A stretch of 32,048 nucleotides of DNA, from positions 1 to 32,048 of the forward strand of contig JBDRUX010000014.1 of NCBI GenBank assembly GCA_039801565.1, read 5' to 3'. A program made the position numbers and the translations under genes. Shown piece after piece: positions 25,272 through 32,048 of the stretch (position 1 is its first letter; each line of letters opens with the position of its first letter). The notes under the pieces were generated by a model. It saw only the letters and a program-made list of their open reading frames with translations, ran no database searches and was not told the DNA's origin. The stretch is from a candidate division WOR-3 bacterium. GTDB lineage: Bacteria; Hydrothermota; Tepidihabitantia; Tepidihabitantales; JAOUPE01.

Positions 25272-27728
25272 GTGAGGTGCATTTTGACCGAAAAGGTAAA
25301 TGAAAAAACTGAAAAGGTGGTAAACCAAAATGTATCGTCACCAGGGGTAGCCCAATTCAAATATGTCAAAAAGCGCGATGGTAAAATCGAAGAATTCCGG
25401 AAAGAAAAAATTACCCAAGCAATTTTTAAAGCCGCCCGCAGTGTTGGTGGTGAAGACATCGCTTTGGCCGAAAAGTTAGCCGGCAAGGTGATTCAATATC
25501 TATTTGAAAAAAAAGGTGAACATATTCCAAATGTTGAGGAGATTCAGGATGCCGTGGAAAAGATTTTGATTGAAAACGGTCACGCCAAGACCGCTAAGGC
25601 TTTTATCATCTATCGGAATCAACGGGCGCAGTTACGAAAAAAACGGGCACTGGCAAAAAAAGATTTGGAGTCAACCGAGTATGCGCTCTTCGTTCGCACT
25701 TCGGATGATACGATTGTTGCCTGGGACCGAAGTCGTATTGTTCGCGCCTTAATTCGGGAAACCAATTTGGCGCCAACATTAGCCGAAAAGATTGGCATCG
25801 AAGTTGAGGACGTCATTCTCAATGCCAATGTAAAATTCATTACCACCAATTTGATTCGGGAAGTGGTGAATACCAAACTGGTCGAACACGGCTTAGAAGA
25901 ACAAAGAAAACGTCATGCCCGATTGGGCGTACCATTATATGATGTTGAGCAAATCCTTTTGCATCGTAATAAAGAAAATGCCAACACGCCCCACAATCCT
26001 GAAGCAACCAATATGACCTTAGCCGAATGGATTAATAAGCAGTATGCTTTAAGCGCAGTCTTTTCACCCGAGGTGGCGGATGCTCATATCCGGGGTGATA
26101 TTCACTTGCACGATTTGGGTTTTATCAACCGTCCTTATTGTTCGGGACAATCCTTGGAATATGTGAAGAAATTTGGTTTAAGTCTACCCAGTGCTTTATC
26201 CATTGCCAAGCCGGCCAAACATCCGGAGACACTTTTAGCCCATATGGTTAAATTTTCTGCTGCCCTGCAAGGTCATTTTGCTGGAGCGATTGGTTGGGAT
26301 GCGGTCAATATTTTCTTTGCACCATTCTTAGTTGGGATGTCGGACAAAGAGTTACACCAGTTGGCGCAGATGTTGGTCTTCGAGTACTCTCAACAGAATG
26401 TTGCCCGCGGAGGACAAGCAATCTTTTCTGACCTAAATCTCTATTGGGAAATCCCAAAACATTTCGAAGATGTGGAGGCAATTGGGCCGGGTGGCGAATA
26501 CACCGGTAAGAAATACCGCGATTATTTAGCCGAAGCCCAAAAATTCGTTTGGGCGATCTTCGATATTTATAAGGATGGTGATGCCAGTGGTCGCCCCTTC
26601 TTTTTCCCAAAACCATTGGTCCATATTACCGAACGTTTCTTTGCCACGCCGGGTTATATGGATTTCTTATATCACATTTCGGATGTGGCGGCTGAGAAAG
26701 GTAATACCTATTTTGTTTTTGACCGGGGCGATACTGCTAAGATTTCGGAATGCTGTCGGCTCGCTTTCAAATTAGAACAATCGGACCTGAATGATGCCAA
26801 AACACCCTGGAAGATGCGGTATTGTGCCTTACAAAATGTCACCCTAAATCTACCACGCCTCGCCTATATGTCAAACCATAATGACGAAACTTTCTTTAAC
26901 CAATTAAAGCACTATTTTGAGTTAGCAGTTCAGGCACACCTGCAAAAGAAGAAGTTTTTGGAACGACTCTTAGATTTGAAGGCGGAAGGTCCTTTAGCTC
27001 TTTTAACGATGAACCGTGACGGTGAGCCTTATTTGAGGATGCATCGGGTCACTTATCTGATTGGAATCTTAGGTTTGAATGAGACGGTGCAATATCATCT
27101 AGGCAAAGAACTTCACGAAACCGAAGATGCCTTAAGATTCGGGATAAGGGTTATTGCGACATTAAAAAAACTTGCCGAGGAATATTCTGCCCAATACGGA
27201 ATGCGCTTTGTCTTAGAACAGACCCCAGCCGAATCTACCGCTTACCGGTTAGCTAAATTAGATTTAGCCTATTATCCGGATTGTGCCCAAAAGGTGGTGA
27301 AAGGCGATATGGCATCTGATGCGGTCTATTATACTAATTCCACTTATCTCAATGTCGGCTTACCGATTGACCCAATCGAGCGGGTCACCAAAGAAGGTCA
27401 ATTCCATCCCTTGATTGAAGCCGGAGCTTTGACACATATCTGGTTGGCGGATGCCCGACCCCCTAAAGAGTCAATCGCTAATTTCGTCATTAAGACCTTC
27501 CAGCATACCCATAATTCTCAGATTGCTTTCTCCCCAGAATTTACATCTTGTAACAATTGCCTTAAGACCAGTCGGGGTTTAAATGAACTCTGTCAGTATT
27601 GCGGTTCAGCCGATGTTGATTATATCACAAGAGTGACTGGTTATTTCTCACGGGTTTCAGGTTGGAATAAAGGTAAAAGGGCAGAACTTTTTGACCGCTA
27701 CAAAAAAGGCAAAATCGAGATAAGTTAA
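25272..27728 (+). CDS. nrdD: Anaerobic (class III) ribonucleoside-triphosphate reductase
   Basis: Two ATP cones, GDIHLHDL, PYC, ECCRL, EQTPAES, YYTNS, CxxC...CxxC zinc site, RVTGY glycyl-radical motif. Confidence 0.96.
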   Translation: MRCILTEKVNEKTEKVVNQNVSSPGVAQFKYVKKRDGKIEEFRKEKITQAIFKAARSVGGEDIALAEKLAGKVIQYLFEKKGEHIPNVEEIQDAVEKILIENGHAKTAKAFIIYRNQRAQLRKKRALAKKDLESTEYALFVRTSDDTIVAWDRSRIVRALIRETNLAPTLAEKIGIEVEDVILNANVKFITTNLIREVVNTKLVEHGLEEQRKRHARLGVPLYDVEQILLHRNKENANTPHNPEATNMTLAEWINKQYALSAVFSPEVADAHIRGDIHLHDLGFINRPYCSGQSLEYVKKFGLSLPSALSIAKPAKHPETLLAHMVKFSAALQGHFAGAIGWDAVNIFFAPFLVGMSDKELHQLAQMLVFEYSQQNVARGGQAIFSDLNLYWEIPKHFEDVEAIGPGGEYTGKKYRDYLAEAQKFVWAIFDIYKDGDASGRPFFFPKPLVHITERFFATPGYMDFLYHISDVAAEKGNTYFVFDRGDTAKISECCRLAFKLEQSDLNDAKTPWKMRYCALQNVTLNLPRLAYMSNHNDETFFNQLKHYFELAVQAHLQKKKFLERLLDLKAEGPLALLTMNRDGEPYLRMHRVTYLIGILGLNETVQYHLGKELHETEDALRFGIRVIATLKKLAEEYSAQYGMRFVLEQTPAESTAYRLAKLDLAYYPDCAQKVVKGDMASDAVYYTNSTYLNVGLPIDPIERVTKEGQFHPLIEAGALTHIWLADARPPKESIANFVIKTFQHTHNSQIAFSPEFTSCNNCLKTSRGLNELCQYCGSADVDYITRVTGYFSRVSGWNKGKRAELFDRYKKGKIEIS

Positions 27729-27796
27729 AATCGCTAAAAAGCCGAGAGGAAATTTCAAAAACTTGACTTTAATTCGTTTCAATATAGTTTAAGATA

Positions 27797-29515
27797 ATGC
27801 CGAATCAAGAACCGGTTTGGATTTTACCGACTGGTTACGAAATCCCGGAATCTTTAACTGAACTTGGTTTACCAAGATTGGCATTAGAATTACTTTACCG
27901 ACGCGGTTATCAAAATCGCCAGGCAATCGAAAAATTTTTAACACCCAGTCTGGCAAATCTACACAATCCCAAATTGCTACCGGATATGGAAAAAGCAGTG
28001 GCACGAATTCTTTTAGCGAGGCAAAGACTGGAAAAAATTTTAATCTACGGTGATTATGATGTGGATGGAATCTGTGGAACGGCGTTACTATTTCGGACAT
28101 TAAAGAAGATTGGCTGCTCGGTCAATTATTATATTCCCCATCGCATCCTTGAGGGGTATGGTATTTCCGAAACTGGTGTCAAGCATGCAAAAGACCACGG
28201 TTTTAAGTTAATCGTCACAACCGATTGTGGCACAACCGATTTCACGGCTATCGAAATGGCAAACCAATTAGGCATTGATGTTATTGTCACTGACCATCAC
28301 GAGCCAAAAGAAAAACTGCCCGATGCCTACGCTTTAATCAATCCGAAGCGATTAGATACGGATTATCCATTTCGGGAATTGGCTGGGGTTGGGGTTAGTT
28401 TCAAATTGGCTTGGGCATTACTCTCGGCTGCCGGCAGGCCAAAAGAAGAGTTAGTTTCCGATTTAGACTTAGTCGCCTTAGGCACTGTGGCGGATATTGC
28501 ACCGTTAGTGGATGAGAATCGGACTTTGGCAAAATTCGGGATGCTAAAGATTAAAAATACCGACAAGGTTGGTTTGCGGTCATTACTAAAAATTACTGGG
28601 CTTTTGGGCAAACCGATTACACCTTATGATATTGGGTTTATCTTAGGTCCAAGGCTTAATGCCGGTGGTCGGATTGCCCAAGCCACCAAGGCGGTAGAAT
28701 TATTACTCACTGAAGACGAACAATCGGCTGAGGCTACTAGTCGAGAATTGGACTTAGCCAATCAGGAACGCCAAAAGATTGAAGAGACAATTTTCGCCCA
28801 AGCGACCGAACGCATCTTAGCTACGGATTGGACAAGACGAAAATTTTTTGTTTTAGCGGATTCGACCTGGCACGAAGGTGTGGTCGGAATTGTCGCCTCG
28901 CGAATTGTTGAACAATTCTACCGGCCGACCATCCTTTTGGCGATAAAAGACGACATAGCCAAAGGTTCTGGTCGCAGTATCCCTGGCTTTGACCTTTATC
29001 AAGCATTAAAGAGTTGTGCCAAAACTTTAATTAGGTTTGGTGGGCACAAATATGCCGCGGGTTTGTTACTCAGCCGGGAGAAAATCGGTCAGTTTAGTGT
29101 TGAGATTGAAGAATACACCGCAAAAAATACCACCCCGGACCATTTTCTGCCAAAACTCTTTGTTGATGCCCGGGCCAATTTGAAAGATTTTGATGAGGTG
29201 TTTTTAAAAATCTTGAAGCAGTTTGAACCGTTTGGTCCGGAAAATCCGGTGCCAATCTTTGCCACCACTGGTTTAGAAGTGGTAGGTTATCCAAAAGTGG
29301 TGGGTAAAGAACATCTGCGGTTCAAGGTGCGTCAGAACAAAAAAGATGTTGTGGATGCAATAGCCTTTGGCAAAAGCGAAGCCATCTTGAAATTGGTTAA
29401 GGGGCAACCCGACCACTTGGATATCGTCTACTCAATTGAACGAAACAATTTTGCGGGCAAGACTAAACTCCAACTGAATATCAAAGATATGCGGATTCGT
29501 CCGGTCCAATTTTGA
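27797..29515 (+). CDS. recJ: Single-stranded-DNA-specific exonuclease RecJ
   Basis: GDYDVDG, TTDCG, TDHH, GTVAD, PRLNAGGR, GSGRS, GGHKYAAG, PFGPENP. Confidence 0.97.
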   Translation: MPNQEPVWILPTGYEIPESLTELGLPRLALELLYRRGYQNRQAIEKFLTPSLANLHNPKLLPDMEKAVARILLARQRLEKILIYGDYDVDGICGTALLFRTLKKIGCSVNYYIPHRILEGYGISETGVKHAKDHGFKLIVTTDCGTTDFTAIEMANQLGIDVIVTDHHEPKEKLPDAYALINPKRLDTDYPFRELAGVGVSFKLAWALLSAAGRPKEELVSDLDLVALGTVADIAPLVDENRTLAKFGMLKIKNTDKVGLRSLLKITGLLGKPITPYDIGFILGPRLNAGGRIAQATKAVELLLTEDEQSAEATSRELDLANQERQKIEETIFAQATERILATDWTRRKFFVLADSTWHEGVVGIVASRIVEQFYRPTILLAIKDDIAKGSGRSIPGFDLYQALKSCAKTLIRFGGHKYAAGLLLSREKIGQFSVEIEEYTAKNTTPDHFLPKLFVDARANLKDFDEVFLKILKQFEPFGPENPVPIFATTGLEVVGYPKVVGKEHLRFKVRQNKKDVVDAIAFGKSEAILKLVKGQPDHLDIVYSIERNNFAGKTKLQLNIKDMRIRPVQF

Positions 29516-29692
29516 ACTAGGCTAAAAAGAGTTAAATCTCGGTTGCTTTCCAAAACCTATTTTAACTCTCTCGCAAAACTTCGCTTGTTTAGAAGAGAAT
29601 TTTTGGGTCTTAAAAGGAGTTGGCGCTTTTCAAATCACTTTCGCTATTCCATTCTTGACAAAACCGAAATTTGTAATACCCTTTAATCTACG

Positions 29693-30211
29693 ATGGTGAA
29701 AATGTATGGCTACGAACAGAATGGAATTTTGTCGAGTCGCGATTTGAAGCGCCTCAATCTTTTACCAAATTCAAAAAGGCTCAATCGGGGTCCAGTAGTG
29801 ATTGTGGAATGCGTACAAGAGATTCCCTGTAATCCTTGTGCCGATGCCTGCCCCAAAAAGGCAATTGAGATTGAAGGAAATATTACCAATATCCCCAAGG
29901 TAAACTTCGACCGTTGTAATGGTTGTACTCTTTGTATTCCGCGTTGCCCCGGATTGGCGATTTTTGTCGTCAATAAGAATTATAATGAAAAAGAGGCAAC
30001 AATTACTCTGCCTTATGAGTTTATTCCTTTACCTCAGAAAGGCGAAATTGTTTTGGGACTGGACCGAGCTGGTAGAAAAGTTTGTTATGCTCGTGTGGAA
30101 AAAGTTTTAACCAGCAAGGCTTTTGACCATTGTGCAGTAATCACAATCGCCGTTCCCAAAAGATATTGGAATGTAGTGAGAAATTTTCGAATCCAAAAGA
30201 AGCAACAATGA
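29693..30211 (+). CDS. 4Fe-4S dicluster (ferredoxin-type) protein
   Basis: ECVQEIPCNPCADACP and CNGCTLCIPRCPG, followed by LPYEFIPLP domain. Confidence 0.88.
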   Translation: MVKMYGYEQNGILSSRDLKRLNLLPNSKRLNRGPVVIVECVQEIPCNPCADACPKKAIEIEGNITNIPKVNFDRCNGCTLCIPRCPGLAIFVVNKNYNEKEATITLPYEFIPLPQKGEIVLGLDRAGRKVCYARVEKVLTSKAFDHCAVITIAVPKRYWNVVRNFRIQKKQQ

Positions 30212-32048
30212 CCTTTTTGTTAATTCTTTGCCATCTTGCCAGTGCACCACCGGTTCTACCTTTGTCCGTAGCCACGGCTGATGATGCGCTGGCGATGTTC
30301 TATAATCCAGCTGGTTTGTCAACCAGTCGTAGTTTTAATATCTATTACCTCTACCAGTTAGAAAATTGGAAGATTTCCGAAAATAGTGCATTGGCTGGGC
30401 AATTGGGACCGTTAGGATTTTCTTGGCTACCCGTTACTCCTTTTAGTTACGGACTCGGCTTGGGTTTTAAGTTAGGTGGTGGAATTGCCTTAGGTTTTCG
30501 CTACTTTCACCAGACTAATACTTATTGGTGTTTAGGAACATTATTCCGACCGCGCAACTGGTTATCAATTGGTTTCACCTGGCCTAATATCAACTATGAA
30601 GATTGGCACGCAATAATTGCTGGTGTCGGCATTCGACCGGTTGGCAATCGGTTAACTGTTTTTACAGAAGTTAAGTTTGATTCCACCAAAAGTCCTTGGT
30701 TCGGTTTACAATTTGAACCTTTTTCGGGCATCGAACTGAAAGGGATGGCAAAAGCGGATAAGTCTTTTAGCCTCGGTATTGACATAAGTTTTGGTCAGAT
30801 CGGGATTGGTTATTCGAATGCAAAACTCATTCCCAATGACAATCGAATTCAACATTCAGTTTATTTACGATTCAATAAAGATATCCGGCCCTCGGTTATC
30901 CCAAGCAAAGGGAATTTTTTAACGATGAAATTATCGGGTATAATTGGAGATATAAAGCCTGGTTTTTCACTATTTGGTCCGCCGGTACAAAGAACAACTT
31001 ATGAGATTCTTGATTTATTGCACAAGGCACAGGAAGACAAGGAGATTAAAGGCGTCATCGTGAATTTAGAAAATTTATCACTCAGTTTTGCTCAGGCTTG
31101 CGAACTGAAAGAAGCTTTAGTCCAACTCCGGACAAAAGGCAAGAAAGTGATTATTTATGCTCCCTATCTTGTAACCAATACTTATTATGTTGCGGCGGTA
31201 GCTGATTTCATTGTATCACACCCTTTAGGCTATATTGACATATCTGGAATGTATCGGGAAGTTAATTTTGTGAAAGGAACACTGGAAAAGTTGGGTGTTG
31301 AGGTTGAATACGAGAGGGTTGGTAAATATAAAAGTGCCCCGGAATTACTAACTGAAGATTCTTTATCTTCGGCTTATCGCGAAGTCCTAAATTCAATTCT
31401 TGACGATAACTATCAATATTTCATTACCACTACTGCCCAAGCACGTGGTTTATCTAAAGCGGAGTTAGAAAAGAAGGTCAATTATGGCTTTTTTGCACCC
31501 GATTCGGCAAAAATTGAAGGCTTGATTGACACTTTCGCCTATGCTGACCAGTTAGATTCAATTCTGAAAAGTAAATTCGGCAAATTTAAAAAGATTACCG
31601 AACGCAGTTATCGCACCAAAACCAAGCACAATCCGAATTGGACCGAGACAGCATCAAAAATTGCAATAATTTATTGCTTGGGCTCAATTGTTCAAGGGGA
31701 ATCAAGAACTGACCCAATTAGTGGTGAAATTATAATGGGAGCGAATACCATTACCCAAGCAATTAAAAAAGCCCGTCGGGACAGGTCGGTAAAGGCGATT
31801 ATTTTCCGAATCAATTCGCCGGGTGGCGATGGTTTTGCTTCGGATTTAATTTGGCGGGAAATTGAATTGACGAAAGAAAAGAAGCCCTGTATTGTCTCGA
31901 TGGGACCGGTGGCTGCCTCGGGTGGTTATTATATCTCGTGCAATAGTGATAAGATTTTTGCCCTGCCAGCAACATTAACTGGTTCAATCGGTGTATTCAG
32001 TCTAAAAATGGTCTTAGCTGGTTTATACGATAAAATTGGTGTGAAAAC
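30208..32048 (+). CDS. sppA: Signal peptide peptidase SppA (S49) with an N-terminal extra domain; runs off the window
   Basis: Frame from ATG 30208 (ATGA overlap): MTFLLILCHLA...FYNPAGL..., then RVGKYKSAPE, FRINSPGGDG, SMGPVAASGGYY, TGSIGV; no stop seen before the window end; absent from the ORF track. Confidence 0.9.
   Translation, partial: MTFLLILCHLASAPPVLPLSVATADDALAMFYNPAGLSTSRSFNIYYLYQLENWKISENSALAGQLGPLGFSWLPVTPFSYGLGLGFKLGGGIALGFRYFHQTNTYWCLGTLFRPRNWLSIGFTWPNINYEDWHAIIAGVGIRPVGNRLTVFTEVKFDSTKSPWFGLQFEPFSGIELKGMAKADKSFSLGIDISFGQIGIGYSNAKLIPNDNRIQHSVYLRFNKDIRPSVIPSKGNFLTMKLSGIIGDIKPGFSLFGPPVQRTTYEILDLLHKAQEDKEIKGVIVNLENLSLSFAQACELKEALVQLRTKGKKVIIYAPYLVTNTYYVAAVADFIVSHPLGYIDISGMYREVNFVKGTLEKLGVEVEYERVGKYKSAPELLTEDSLSSAYREVLNSILDDNYQYFITTTAQARGLSKAELEKKVNYGFFAPDSAKIEGLIDTFAYADQLDSILKSKFGKFKKITERSYRTKTKHNPNWTETASKIAIIYCLGSIVQGESRTDPISGEIIMGANTITQAIKKARRDRSVKAIIFRINSPGGDGFASDLIWREIELTKEKKPCIVSMGPVAASGGYYISCNSDKIFALPATLTGSIGVFSLKMVLAGLYDKIGVK

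Noticed and set aside
30604..30621. Second sigma-54-like site (tggcacgcaataattgc)
   Set aside because: Spacing is 2 nt too long and it lies inside the sppA coding region
632..30785. Numerous short antisense or alternate-frame ORFs in the track
   Set aside because: They lie within well-supported genes and show no independent motifs or RBS

Overview
Bacterial chromosomal window, AT-rich, apparently from an anaerobe. The C25/CARDB/Kelch/T9SS-tail proteins resemble those of candidate phylum WOR-3, but this taxonomy is inferred. Gene content in order: uvrC; two large secreted proteins, the first behind a sigma-54 promoter; an iron/sulfur/redox operon (four tandem rubrerythrin-like ferritins, iscS, iscU, double zinc ribbon, DsrE2, TusA, rubredoxin) followed by a desulforedoxin-like and an MTH1187-family gene; an M15A peptidase; a type III restriction-modification locus with an AlbA_2/HATPase gene between mod and res; nrdR-nrdD; recJ; a 4Fe-4S protein; and a truncated beta-barrel/SppA fusion. 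The main finding is a solitary 123-aa gene (15941-16312, minus strand) that aligns by eye, over its whole length, with the SIRV2-type major capsid protein of filamentous archaeal viruses (Adnaviria), which wraps DNA in A-form. No other viral genes are nearby. The window also carries two inverted copies of a ~750-bp non-autonomous element (2239-2966 and 23904-24666). Each copy has sub-terminal inverted repeats, an XRE-HTH gene and a variable array of GC-rich 12-bp repeats, and each ends at the -35 box of a DNA-metabolism gene. All homology calls are from motif recognition and memory; no searches were run.
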